The position numbers and the translations under genes were made by a program. From Planctomycetota bacterium (GTDB lineage: Bacteria > Planctomycetota > PLA2 > JAEUHO01): a stretch of 64,000 nucleotides of DNA. The stretch is from assembly GCA_965222115.1 (NCBI GenBank), contig CBDCTJ010000007.1, positions 2,048,001-2,112,000 on the forward strand, in the 5' to 3' direction. The notes under the pieces were generated by a model that worked only from the letters and a program-made list of their open reading frames with translations, was not told where the DNA came from and searched no databases. This document shows, one piece after another, positions 36,998 through 46,935 of this stretch; positions within the stretch are counted from its first letter, which is position 1, and each line of letters starts with the position of its first letter.

Positions 36998-37735
36998 ATG
37001 CCTGATCACGTAGCACTTGTCACCGGCGGAAGCACCGGCATCGGTCGCGCTATCGCGAAACAGCTTGCCGAAGACGGATACAAGGTAGTTATCACCGGAA
37101 GAAATGAGAAAACGCTGAGCGAGGCGGCAGCCGAGCACACCAACATCGAGTTCATCGTCGCGGATGTTTCCAAACCCGAAGACAACGAGCGTGTGTTTGG
37201 GCATATTCAGGCCCAGCACGGGCGCCTGGACGCGCTTGTAAACAATGCGGGCATCGGTACGCCTGCGCCATTTGCGGAGGCGCCGATCGATCTCTACGAC
37301 AAGATATTCTCGATCAACGTGCGTGGGCTCATCGACACGACCAAACACGCATTGCCATTGCTGACAGAAAGCAAAGGAAGCATTGTGAACATATCTTCGG
37401 TGGTGGGAAATCGACCCATGCCTGGATTCTCATTTTATTCGGCGAGCAAGGCGGCCGTTTCAAGCCTCAGCCGTGCGTGGGCCAAGGAGTTGGCACCGAC
37501 CGGCGTGCGGGTGAACATTGTGAGCCCCGGCCCTATCGAGACACCGATCTTTGACAAAATGGGTATGAGCGATGAAGAGAAGCAGGGCATGGCCGGTCAG
37601 ATCGGCGAGATGGTGCCCATGGCGCGCTTCGGGACCCCGCAGGAAGTCGCCAACGCCGTGTCGTTCCTCACATCCGAAAAGTCGAGCTACGTCACGGGCG
37701 CCAACTACGCTGTGGACGGCGGGTTCGACGCCTAA
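36998..37735 (+). CDS. Short-chain dehydrogenase/reductase
   Basis: TGGSTGIG, NNAG, YSASK, SPGPIETP, VDGG. Confidence 0.95.
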   Translation: MPDHVALVTGGSTGIGRAIAKQLAEDGYKVVITGRNEKTLSEAAAEHTNIEFIVADVSKPEDNERVFGHIQAQHGRLDALVNNAGIGTPAPFAEAPIDLYDKIFSINVRGLIDTTKHALPLLTESKGSIVNISSVVGNRPMPGFSFYSASKAAVSSLSRAWAKELAPTGVRVNIVSPGPIETPIFDKMGMSDEEKQGMAGQIGEMVPMARFGTPQEVANAVSFLTSEKSSYVTGANYAVDGGFDA

Positions 37736-37784
37736 CTACGGCGTGGCGTTGCCGTAGGGGCGACGTCAAGCAACAGCGCACGTC

Positions 37785-39305
37785 GTGAGTATGACAAAGA
37801 CAGTCGTGATTACCGGCGCGAGCGACGGCATTGGCCGGGCGCTTCTTGATCAGTATGCGCGGGAAGGGGCGCGCGTCGTTGGGATCGCGAGGCGTCAGGA
37901 GAGCAATCTCACGTCTGAGCTACCGCCGGGATGTCACTACGTTTCCGTGGATCTCACGGCACCGGACGCGATGCATCGAGTTCGGAATGCCTTTGAGACC
38001 CTTGGGATCTCCGCCGTTGATGTCCTGATTCACAACGCCGGCATTGCGCGCTTTGGCGATCACAGCGTTGAGACTGCAGCTTCGATTCGGGAACAGGTTG
38101 CCGTCAATATTGCGGCTCCGGTTGCGTTCACGCACGCGTTCTTTGGCCATGTTGAACGAGCGAAGGGCGTGATCGCGTTCGTAAGTTCTGTTGTCGAGGC
38201 GTTGCCGTGCGCCGAGTTCGCCACGTATGCAGCAACCAAAGCTGCGCTGACGGGATTCGCTCGAAGCGTTGCAATCGAGAACGAGGACCGCGACGTATCG
38301 ATCGTCTGTGTTCATCCCGGCGCGACGCGCACGGGCATGCACAAGAAGGCAGGCGTTCCCGAGGGGACGTATCGGACCGACAAGTTTTGGGCGGCCGCGT
38401 CCGTGGCTGCTCGCATCCGCCGTGTGATCGCGCGCCGCCGCCGTGCAGCATCCATTGGATTCGGAAACAAAGTAATCCGCGCGCTGGGTCGTCATGCGGA
38501 AGTGCCGTTCGATCGCATCGCTCGCAAGAAGGGACGGCCCGGTGGGGGAGGCAGAGAAGCCAAGCGTTGTCTGATCACGGGGTCGTCGAAAGGAATCGGT
38601 GAGGCGCTGGCCCGTCACTGTCGCGACGCTGGGTACGACGTGCAGGGTGTCGATATCGAGGAACACGCCTCGACATCGACTTGGATTCATGACTTGTCAC
38701 GCGCTGAGGATGTCGACGCACTTGTTAATCGATTGAAAAGCGAGCCTCCGTTTGATCTTGTGATTCACAATGCGGGCATCAGTTGCGTGGGTCGCTTTCC
38801 CTCGACCGACATCGACGCTCAGCTCGATGTACTGCGCGTAAACCTAGAAGCGCCCATTGTGCTCTCTCAAGCCATGCTCGCCAGCGATAAGATTGCTTCC
38901 GGTGGAAGCCTGGTCTATCTGTCGTCATTGGCTCACTTCGTTGGGTATCCGTCGGCCTCTGTTTATGCGGCCACCAAAGATGGGCTCACCAGCTACGCGC
39001 GCAGCCTGCGTGTAGCACTTGCGCCCAAGAACATTCACGTGCTGAGCGTGTTTCCCGGTCCTGTGCGAACCGAGCATGCACGTCGCTACGCACCGCCCGG
39101 CAGCGACGAATCCAGGCGCGCGGATCCCGACGACATTGCACGCGCGACGGTTCGCGCCATTTCGCGTCGTAGGCAGCGTCTTGTTCCTGGGATCGGAACC
39201 AAAGTTTTCGCCAAGGCAGGTCGATGGCTTCCTGGTCCTACGGGGCGCGCCCTTAAGAAGGCGCTGTTGGATAAGTTTGACGACACTACATCGATCACGA
39301 GTTAG
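37785..39305 (+). CDS. Tandem double-domain SDR
   Basis: Two complete SDR units: TGASDGIG/HNAG/YAATK and TGSSKGIG/HNAG/YAATK. Confidence 0.9.
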   Translation: MSMTKTVVITGASDGIGRALLDQYAREGARVVGIARRQESNLTSELPPGCHYVSVDLTAPDAMHRVRNAFETLGISAVDVLIHNAGIARFGDHSVETAASIREQVAVNIAAPVAFTHAFFGHVERAKGVIAFVSSVVEALPCAEFATYAATKAALTGFARSVAIENEDRDVSIVCVHPGATRTGMHKKAGVPEGTYRTDKFWAAASVAARIRRVIARRRRAASIGFGNKVIRALGRHAEVPFDRIARKKGRPGGGGREAKRCLITGSSKGIGEALARHCRDAGYDVQGVDIEEHASTSTWIHDLSRAEDVDALVNRLKSEPPFDLVIHNAGISCVGRFPSTDIDAQLDVLRVNLEAPIVLSQAMLASDKIASGGSLVYLSSLAHFVGYPSASVYAATKDGLTSYARSLRVALAPKNIHVLSVFPGPVRTEHARRYAPPGSDESRRADPDDIARATVRAISRRRQRLVPGIGTKVFAKAGRWLPGPTGRALKKALLDKFDDTTSITS

Positions 39306-39323
39306 CGTTCAGCGCAGAATTAC

Positions 39324-39623
39324 ATGCTTTCGTGGATTACAATTGCGCTGGTGCACTTGATGTTCATTCCGTTTCTCCTATCGATGATCCTCGCCCCGTT
39401 ACTCGTCTTCTGCGTAATGATGTCGAAATCCAAGGGGGCGAGATGCCAGCGTGCACTGGAGTGGGGCCTGGCATTTGGCGTGACAGGCGTCGTGCTGTGG
39501 TTTCTATATGCGGTGATCTTTGAGTCCGGCAACAACCTCGCGCCCGCAATGAGTATCTTAGTTTCCGGCCCCATTGGGTTTCTGATTGGTGTGGCGATTG
39601 GAATCAACCGTGGGGACGATTGA
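39324..39623 (+). CDS. Small 3-TM membrane protein
   Basis: 99-aa hydrophobic ORF; a paralogous C-terminus recurs at 44695-44808. Confidence 0.68.
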   Translation: MLSWITIALVHLMFIPFLLSMILAPLLVFCVMMSKSKGARCQRALEWGLAFGVTGVVLWFLYAVIFESGNNLAPAMSILVSGPIGFLIGVAIGINRGDD

Positions 39624-39749
39624 AGACGTTTACGCGACGCAGATGAGCACTTGTTCGCTAGTCGACAGCGACGTTCGATTGTCGCATGACCTTTCTGTGC
39701 ATTGTTGCCCCGTAGAGCAGCATTCACTCGGTGTGAGAAAATTCACAAG

Positions 39750-40832
39750 CTATGCAAGCGTATTGACGTTGTTGAGCTCGTTGAAGGCACGTTTCAGTCG
39801 CTCGATGAATTGTTGCTCGCCTGCGCGGAGCCACGCGCGGGGGTCGTACTTCTTCTTGTTGGGCTTATCGTCGCCTTCGGGATTACCGATTTGACCCTGC
39901 AAATAGTCACGGTTCGTGGCCTCATAGCATCGCACGCCATTCCAGAAGGCCCATTGCAAGTCGGTATCGATGTTCATCTTGACGACGCCGTAGGAAATGG
40001 CCTCGGCAATATCTTCGGCGCTTGAGCCGGATCCACCGTGGAAGACGAAACTGACCGGTCTGTCGCCCTTCGTCCTGAACTTCTTTGCAACATGCATCTG
40101 GGCATCGCGAAGAATGGTGGGGGTGAGCCTGACGTTGCCGGGCTTGTATACGCCGTGCACGTTGCCAAAGGCGGCGGCCACGGTGAAGCGCGGACTGACC
40201 TGAGAGAGGCGCTCGTAGGCGTAGGCGATCTCTTCCGGCTTGGAGTATAGGTCTTCGACGTTGGCCGACTCGTTGTCGACGCCATCTTCTTCACCCCCCG
40301 TGATCCCAAGTTCGATTTCGAGTGTCATGTCGAGCTTGTGCATCCGTTCGAGATAGCGACAGCAGATGTCGATGTTCTCTTCAATGGACTCTTCCGAGAG
40401 ATCAAGCATGTGGGAGCTAAAGAGGGGGACGCCGTGCGCCTTGTAGTGCGCCTCGCCCGCATCCAGCATGCCGTCGATCCACGGAAGCAGCTTCTTTGCT
40501 GCGTGGTCGGTGTGCAGAATCACGCGTGCCCCGTAGTGGGGCGCGAGGCTGTGGACATGGAGCGCGCCGGCCACACTGCCCGCGACCGACGCTTGAATTG
40601 AGCTCGTGCCAAGGCCCTGGCCCGCATTGAAGGCTCCGCCGCCGCTGGAGTATTGAAGGATCACCGGCGCATTCATCGCCACGGCTGCTTCCATGACGCA
40701 ATTTGCGCTGTTGCTCCCCACGCAATTGGCGGCCGGCAACGCAAAGCCTCTTGCTTTGGCGAGGTCAAAGAGGTCGGTAACCGCCTGGCCGGTAAGGACA
40801 CCGGCAGGGAACCCTTGCTTCTTGTATTCCAT
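39750..40832 (-). CDS. fbaA: Class II fructose-bisphosphate aldolase
   Basis: LHTDH, FSSHMLDLS, EIELGITGGEEDG, AFGNVHGVYKPG, FHGGSGS, KMNIDTD, KYDPR.W. Confidence 0.97.
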   Translation of the reverse strand: MEYKKQGFPAGVLTGQAVTDLFDLAKARGFALPAANCVGSNSANCVMEAAVAMNAPVILQYSSGGGAFNAGQGLGTSSIQASVAGSVAGALHVHSLAPHYGARVILHTDHAAKKLLPWIDGMLDAGEAHYKAHGVPLFSSHMLDLSEESIEENIDICCRYLERMHKLDMTLEIELGITGGEEDGVDNESANVEDLYSKPEEIAYAYERLSQVSPRFTVAAAFGNVHGVYKPGNVRLTPTILRDAQMHVAKKFRTKGDRPVSFVFHGGSGSSAEDIAEAISYGVVKMNIDTDLQWAFWNGVRCYEATNRDYLQGQIGNPEGDDKPNKKKYDPRAWLRAGEQQFIERLKRAFNELNNVNTLA

Positions 40833-41044
40833 ACGCGGAGTTTACGACAATCACGCATCCCTGACGTCCCTACGCGCTGACACCGTATCTCCGGCAAGTT
40901 TTTGCCATGGGCCTTGCCAACAGTTGCCGGCGGGGTCGCCAGCCAGCTTCCCGATGGCGATCAATGCGGCTCGTAGCGAAGGGCATACGAATTGCGGCGC
41001 CTTGTGCAGAACCCAATTCCCGTCTGAAGACTGAAGGAGGCCAT

Positions 41045-42520
41045 ATGAACAACGGCATGCGCAGATCCTATCGATATTCTCGTATGCGAATTGCCATCGT
41101 TGGTGCCGCGATCGCGTTTCTGAGTGCGTGTGGCTCGGGATCCGGCACGCCTTCAGCTGCTGGTGGCGGTGCGCTGGCCCAGAGCGCGAAGGTGATGGCG
41201 TCTGATTTGAATGGCGATGGTGCGTCGGAGATTGTGATATCGGCGAATCGGGATGCATCGCTGCAGGTATTTAGTGCGGATATTGAGGCGACCTACTTCG
41301 ACGCATCGGACGCGCTTGCCAGTTTCGCCATGGCGCTCGTGAACGCTGCGCCTTCCTTCGGTGACGGCGACGCACTCCCCTTTGAGGGTGCTGGTGGCAA
41401 GGGCTCGCTCCTGATTTTCGAGGGCGAGATTGTCGAGGAAACCGATCAGGCTCCTCAGATCACCTCCATTACGCCAACGACTTGTGAAGCCGGTGAAGTG
41501 CTGTGGATTGAAGGCAGCGGATTCCGTACTTCGTCTCACAAGGCTGACGTGCTGGTGGGCAGCGACGCCGTTGAGCCGCTTTTCGTCTTGGCGCGACTGT
41601 TGGTCGTGCAAGTGCCACTGGACACAGTGGAAGGCAACTATGAGGTCGTTGTCCGTCGAGACGGCTTGACGTCCGCTGCCGCGTCAATCGAAGTACGCGC
41701 GACGGCCAAGCCCGTCATCGATCGTGTCTCACCCGATCCGCTCATCCGTGGACGATTCGCGTTGGTGGAAGGCTCGCATCTTGGACTCATGGGCGAGGAC
41801 GTGACTGTAACGGTAGATGGCGTCGAATCTTCATCGGTGTTTGCCTTTCGCGATGCGCTCTTTTTTGTGGTTCCGGAAGATGCGGAAGGCGGCAATCTTG
41901 TCATCACGCGCGCTGAGACGGCCTCGGATCCCTACCCTGTCACGATAGCCGACATGCCTGCATTGGCCATTACCAAGCTGGTGCCCAGCTCGGCACCCAT
42001 TGGCGCCGTGGTGATCATTGAAGCAACAGGAATAGACTTTCACGCGGAATCCGTTCCCACGGCGAAGATTGGGAGTGTAGCGCTGCCGGTCATTGGTGTT
42101 GCTCCCGATCGAATTGAAGTGATTGTCCCGGAGGGGGCATTGTCTGGTGACGTCACGATTGCGCAGGGCGATGACACAAGCAATGCGGTCGCTTTTCGTG
42201 TCCGGGATCGACAAGCGCCTCAAATCACTTCTGTGAATCCTGATCCAATCGAGCCCGGTGGTGTCATGGAAGTGGCCGGCGTAGACCTCATAGATCTAAG
42301 TGACGCCGCGTCGAACGGCGGAGGTGGCCCACCCGATATGTTAGGCACAACGACCGTAACTGTTGGTGGCGTCGATGCCCCCTTCGCGTTTCCCGCCAGC
42401 GGGAATCTCGTTGTGTTGTTGCCATTTGAACTTACGTCCGGCACTGACGTCGCGGTAGTTGTAACGGTGGGCGAGCAGTCATCGGAGCCGTTCACCGTTT
42501 CGGTAGCCGACTCAGGCTGA
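41045..42520 (+). CDS. Lipoprotein with four IPT/TIG-like domains
   Basis: FLSAC lipobox; repeated P.IT.(I/V).P...G..V.IEG units; AAGGAGG RBS. Confidence 0.82.
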   Translation: MNNGMRRSYRYSRMRIAIVGAAIAFLSACGSGSGTPSAAGGGALAQSAKVMASDLNGDGASEIVISANRDASLQVFSADIEATYFDASDALASFAMALVNAAPSFGDGDALPFEGAGGKGSLLIFEGEIVEETDQAPQITSITPTTCEAGEVLWIEGSGFRTSSHKADVLVGSDAVEPLFVLARLLVVQVPLDTVEGNYEVVVRRDGLTSAAASIEVRATAKPVIDRVSPDPLIRGRFALVEGSHLGLMGEDVTVTVDGVESSSVFAFRDALFFVVPEDAEGGNLVITRAETASDPYPVTIADMPALAITKLVPSSAPIGAVVIIEATGIDFHAESVPTAKIGSVALPVIGVAPDRIEVIVPEGALSGDVTIAQGDDTSNAVAFRVRDRQAPQITSVNPDPIEPGGVMEVAGVDLIDLSDAASNGGGGPPDMLGTTTVTVGGVDAPFAFPASGNLVVLLPFELTSGTDVAVVVTVGEQSSEPFTVSVADSG

Positions 42521-42670
42521 TATCGCATCGATCGGCCCCGGAATCCTCACATCAGTGGGATGGCGCCACGGAATCGACTTGCGAAGGTAAACGCCTTCGT
42601 GTCCGTTTCTTCCAGTGTGTTCGCCCTGTTTCTCCCTCGCGCACCTCCAACGTGCCTACATCATGCAGCC

Positions 42671-43948
42671 ATGAACGAACGCGACCGTCAGCAGGTCATA
42701 GCATCTGTGTTCATGCGCGAATCAGTGAGGCTGACGGGCATGTTGACGCGCCTGCTCGGGCCGCAGAATGTTGAGCTTGCGGAAGATGTGGTGCAGGAAG
42801 CGTTTCTAGCGGCGTCGAAGCGGTGGTCGGTGACTGGGGTTCCGCAAAATCCAGCGGGATGGCTCATGCGTACGGCGCGTAATCGAGCCATCGACGCGAT
42901 CCGGCGCGAACGGAAGCGACGGCACTTTCCGGAAGACGTCGCATCACTTCTCGGCGAGGAAGCAGCGCGCTCGTCGTTTGACAACTATGCGCTTGACGAG
43001 GATCCGCTACACGACGACACGCTTACGATGATCTTCCTTTGCTGCGGCATCGACGTCAGCGCGGATCAACGCATTACGCTCATTTTAAAATCGCTTTGCG
43101 GCATGCGGGTGTCGGCGATTGCTCGCGCACTGCTCACGACCGAGGCCACCGTGAAGAAGAGGCTGGTACGTGTTCGCAGGCATGTTCGCGGAAAGTCCTT
43201 TGCGCTACCTGCGCATGAAGACGTGCCTCACGCCCTGCGCACTGTACACATGGCGTTGTATTTGCTGTTCAATGAAGGCTACCTGTCCACGTCGGGAGAT
43301 CCCATTCAGCATGATGTGTGCCGGCATGCGATGTTTCTTACCCGCCATTTGACGGATGCGGCTGACTATTCGGACGCGAGCACCCATGCACTGCTTGCTC
43401 TTATGTGTTTTCACGCGGCGCGTTATGTGTCTCGGATGGGCGACGACGGTGCGCTGATTCCCATCGATCAACAGGATCGTGCTTCGTGGGACCGGGCGTT
43501 GCTTGTCGCGGGCTTCAACAGCTTGCAGCGTGCCCGCAACATGGATTCTGGCCATAGCACACGCTACATGCTGGAAGCCGCCATCGCCGCGCAGCACTGC
43601 GCCGCGCGCTCCTTTGAAGAGACCAACTGGACGATGGTGTGTCGTCTCTACGATCGACTGATGCACGTTCAAGGCTCGCCGATCACTGCGCTCAATCGTG
43701 CGGTTGCGATGTCGTACCGCGATGGCCCGGCTGAAGCCATCAAACTGGTGTCGTCCATTCGTGCCGCGTCAAAGAATGGCTATAACGGCCGGGCTGATGC
43801 GGTCTTGGCACATCTTTACGCACGCCTGGGCGACGGTACGAACGCCGAAAGGCACCTCGCAGCCGCTCTTTCCGAAACGAATGCCGAGCACGAGCGCAAC
43901 CTGCTCAAGCGTCAGATCGCGCGCGCTCTCTCGACAACGACGAGCTAG
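42671..43948 (+). CDS. ECF42-like sigma factor with C-terminal TPR extension
   Basis: AEDVVQEAF, P.NPAGWL..TARN.AID, LYLLFNEGY, QDRASWDR, LEAAIAA.H, SPI.ALNRAVA. Confidence 0.9.
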   Translation: MNERDRQQVIASVFMRESVRLTGMLTRLLGPQNVELAEDVVQEAFLAASKRWSVTGVPQNPAGWLMRTARNRAIDAIRRERKRRHFPEDVASLLGEEAARSSFDNYALDEDPLHDDTLTMIFLCCGIDVSADQRITLILKSLCGMRVSAIARALLTTEATVKKRLVRVRRHVRGKSFALPAHEDVPHALRTVHMALYLLFNEGYLSTSGDPIQHDVCRHAMFLTRHLTDAADYSDASTHALLALMCFHAARYVSRMGDDGALIPIDQQDRASWDRALLVAGFNSLQRARNMDSGHSTRYMLEAAIAAQHCAARSFEETNWTMVCRLYDRLMHVQGSPITALNRAVAMSYRDGPAEAIKLVSSIRAASKNGYNGRADAVLAHLYARLGDGTNAERHLAAALSETNAEHERNLLKRQIARALSTTTS

Positions 43949-43968
43949 GTTGGGATCGTCACACCGCG

Positions 43969-44322
43969 CTAACCGTAGCACTCCCGCACCATGACGGTGC
44001 CACCGGGATTGTTCTTCAGGAACGGTGTGCCCGCGGCGAGCTTGTTGGCCTCTTCGAGGTCTTTTGCGATGACAACTGAGTAGCCGCCAACCAACTCTTT
44101 GAGCTCGATCATGGCTGCGTCGGTGTTTACGTTGGCTCCATCCTTGGTTACCAGCGAACCATTGGGCGCGAGGCCAGATCCAACGCTTCGAAGCCGATCC
44201 GCCGCGGCCATCTCCTGGCCCCATGTGGACCACGATTCCATCACCGCCTTCATTTCGTCCGGCGTCAGGTTCTGCGCCCAGTTGGGATCTCCACCAAGAT
44301 AGATCAGCATGAAGTCTTTCAT
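43969..44322 (-). CDS. YCII/DGPF-family protein
   Basis: FMLIY, ELKELVGGYSVV.A.DLEEA..LA...P, TVMVRE. Confidence 0.85.
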   Translation of the reverse strand: MKDFMLIYLGGDPNWAQNLTPDEMKAVMESWSTWGQEMAAADRLRSVGSGLAPNGSLVTKDGANVNTDAAMIELKELVGGYSVVIAKDLEEANKLAAGTPFLKNNPGGTVMVRECYG

Positions 44323-44694
44323 TGTGTCGTCCTTCTGTGCCTGTTGTCTGCGGTATCTGCGAGCCCTGACGCCGTCAACAGGCTAGCCGGCGTCGCGCTT
44401 CTACCCCAATGACGAGTGGGGATGGGGAAGGGAGACACAATTCGCCCGAGAATCAAACAATTGAGGAAGGAGCCTGGATCTAAGCGGCAGTCAGGTGACG
44501 GCCGGCATCTCGGAAGCGATTCGATCCGCGAGGACAAAGTGGCGCAGACGGACAAGGCAGACAAATTACGCGACCGCCGTGCCTATCGTGAACAGGTCGC
44601 AGTGAATTCGAGTCTCGACGATTACAGAGAGCTAGTTGGGTTGCATACCTCCCCAACCATCTGCCGTGCCACCGAATTCTCTGGCGAGAGCTTC

Positions 44695-44808
44695 AAGATC
44701 TTTTTCGATCCAGAGAACAACCTTTCGCCCGTCCTGAGCTTCGTTTTGTGCGGCCCACTCGGGTTTTTGTTGGGCGTGTTGATTGGGATCAATCGACGTG
44801 AAGATTGA
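44695..44808 (+). pseudogene. 3' remnant paralogous to the 39324-39623 membrane protein
   Basis: FDPENNLSPVLSFVLCGPLGFLLGVLIGINRRED* versus FESGNNLAPAMSILVSGPIGFLIGVAIGINRGDD*; the upstream sequence is unrelated. Confidence 0.65.
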
Positions 44809-45110
44809 CGATGTTTGTTCCGTGAAGCCAAGCCATGTTGGGTTTAACCTGTACTTGGCTCTGACACTGGTAGTCGTTCGTCACCGCCGCCCTGTCAGGG
44901 GAAGTCCAATGGGGGATGGCCGCCCAGGGCTCTGCGCCTCTGTAGCTAGGTGCCACTGCGCGAGGTAAATGGCGTACGACTACAACTGAGCGATCACATT
45001 CCACGAAAAGTGTGGTTTTTCCACCACACCGTATCCCTCGCGAAACATGTAGTTTTGGTCCCGAATTCGTGTTTGTCGTATCCTGGCACGTTCGGAATCT
45101 GAGGTGTCTC

Positions 45111-46343
45111 ATGCGAACGGCTCTCCCCTGGATCCTCGTCGCTCTGTTCGCCGGCTTGTGGATCGGATCGATCGTATTGGTGGAGAAGGAACCGATGCCT
45201 CGATCGAGTCAAGGCGTTCCCGATGTAAGCGCCGACGGCTCGGATGAGCTCGCCGAACTTCGTTCCGCCGTGAACGAGCTACGGAAAGAAGTAAGATCGC
45301 TTCGCGAAGAACACGTAGACCGACGAATGCCCGTGCTACAGGCGTCAAACACGAAGCGAGCGTCTGCATCGCATTCGGCCACGCCGAGAAGCGAGTCCTT
45401 CAAGAAGCGCGAAGAAAAGGCTCGAGTGAACCGAGCGAGGCGGCAGCGAGACGTAGAGGCTGCGGCGATCCGTAAGAAGTGGAATGATGACATCCGCTCG
45501 CTCAAGGACGCGTCCGCGCGGGAATTCGCCCTGCGTGAGATGCGCGCTGCCTTCGACGGCGAGAATGATGTGCGCAGACTCGCTGCACTTCGGCTCGCGC
45601 GGTGGATCGGCAACGTTGAGTTCGATCGTGCCGATTGGCGCGGTGCCATTCTTCCTCATGCAAGAAATGGGGATCCTGAGGTTCAGATTGCCGCGCTCAT
45701 CGCATTAGCCTACGTGCAACCCGAGCACGCCGACTTGGATCTTTGGTCCGAGGTTATCAAGCATGCCGATAGAGAGAACGGGGAAGAGGTTGCCCATGCG
45801 ATTGTACGCGCGTCTGGAGGAATCATCCGGGGCACGACAGCTGACGCCGTATTACATCTGTTGCGCGACGGAACCAACACCAAGAAGGCGTTCGTCATCC
45901 GCGGACTTCAGGGCGGCAGAGAGTGGGACGAAGCTGTCGAGGCACGCTTGATAGAGATCGCCCGAAATGCGCCGGCGCGCGATTACGATTCCGTATACTA
46001 CTTTCACTTCATCACGTCGCGTCTTGATCCCAAATCGGATGAAGTGATCGAACTCATGCTAGAGAAGATCGAAGAAGGCAAGTCCGAGATGGCCGCGATC
46101 ATGCGAGGATTCCGCATCGGCCTGGATGACCGACAAGCGGAGCTTGTTGCCGACAAGCTGCTCGGTTACGCGGAGAACGCTGGTACGTCCCACAAACTGA
46201 AGGCGATCGCTGACGGACTGAAGAACGTCGTACGTCCGCAGCACATTCCGCGACTCGAAGCGCTTGCCAAAGGCGACAATGTCAGCGTATACGCCCAACG
46301 AGCCCTAAATGGTGCCATCGATGCGGCTCAGCGGCGGCGCTGA
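45111..46343 (+). CDS. Membrane-anchored helical (HEAT-like) repeat protein
   Basis: N-terminal TM, coiled coil, repeats such as DVRRLAALRLA and DPEVQIAALIAL; GAGGT RBS. Confidence 0.72.
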   Translation: MRTALPWILVALFAGLWIGSIVLVEKEPMPRSSQGVPDVSADGSDELAELRSAVNELRKEVRSLREEHVDRRMPVLQASNTKRASASHSATPRSESFKKREEKARVNRARRQRDVEAAAIRKKWNDDIRSLKDASAREFALREMRAAFDGENDVRRLAALRLARWIGNVEFDRADWRGAILPHARNGDPEVQIAALIALAYVQPEHADLDLWSEVIKHADRENGEEVAHAIVRASGGIIRGTTADAVLHLLRDGTNTKKAFVIRGLQGGREWDEAVEARLIEIARNAPARDYDSVYYFHFITSRLDPKSDEVIELMLEKIEEGKSEMAAIMRGFRIGLDDRQAELVADKLLGYAENAGTSHKLKAIADGLKNVVRPQHIPRLEALAKGDNVSVYAQRALNGAIDAAQRRR

Positions 46344-46477
46344 CGAAGCGGTCGCCGGTCCGGACGCGATTTCACGCACGCCAATTCGCGTGAACCTTGG
46401 TTCGGTCTTTCGATGCGCACCGCGCGAATCAGAGATTCGCTTGAACAGGGTTCGCTTCGCTCACCCTTAGCTATCGG

Positions 46478-46903
46478 CTTTGGCTCCTTCGGAGCCTCTT
46501 CCTCCTGAACCACTCCCATTGACAGCCGCAACCGAACATGGGGCTGCGCTTGGTGACCTTGGTGTCCTTGGCGAGAGCCTCTTCTTCAAACTGCGTCCCA
46601 CCACCGAAAGCTCACGTCCCAGCCAAGACGCGCTTCCCGACGCTTGCGCTTCGTTTCTTTGAGTTCTTTGTGTGAGCCTCTTCTTCTTCAAGCTGCGTCC
46701 CGCCACCGAATGCGCACGACCCCGCCAAGACGCGCTCCCTGACGCTTGCTCCCCTTGATCGTAGTCATGGAACGCAGTTTCCGCATGCCGGGTGGCGCTT
46801 GGTGCCCTTGGCCTTTCCTTGGTGAGAGCCTCTTCTTCTTCAAGCTGCGTACCACTACCGAATGCTTCCGACCCCCCCCCAAGATGCGCTCCCCAACGCT
46901 TGC
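46478..46903. repeat. Three imperfect direct repeats of about 75 bp plus one partial copy, between convergent genes
   Basis: Core GAGCCTCTTCTTC..CTGCGT..ACCGAA..CCAAGA.GCGCT..ACGCTTGC at 46575, 46674 and 46826, each preceded by CTTGG/CTTTG mini-repeats. Confidence 0.85.
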
Positions 46904-46935
46904 ACCATTACGAACTCTGGGTTTTTGCGCGCGTC

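Noticed and set aside
39305-39750. Integron cassette (attC) around the small membrane-protein gene
   Set aside because: No convincing RYYYAAC...GTTRRRY paired site and no integron integrase in the window.
46478-46903. Possible CRISPR array
   Set aside because: Units are about 75 bp, diverged and unevenly spaced; no cas genes or leader.
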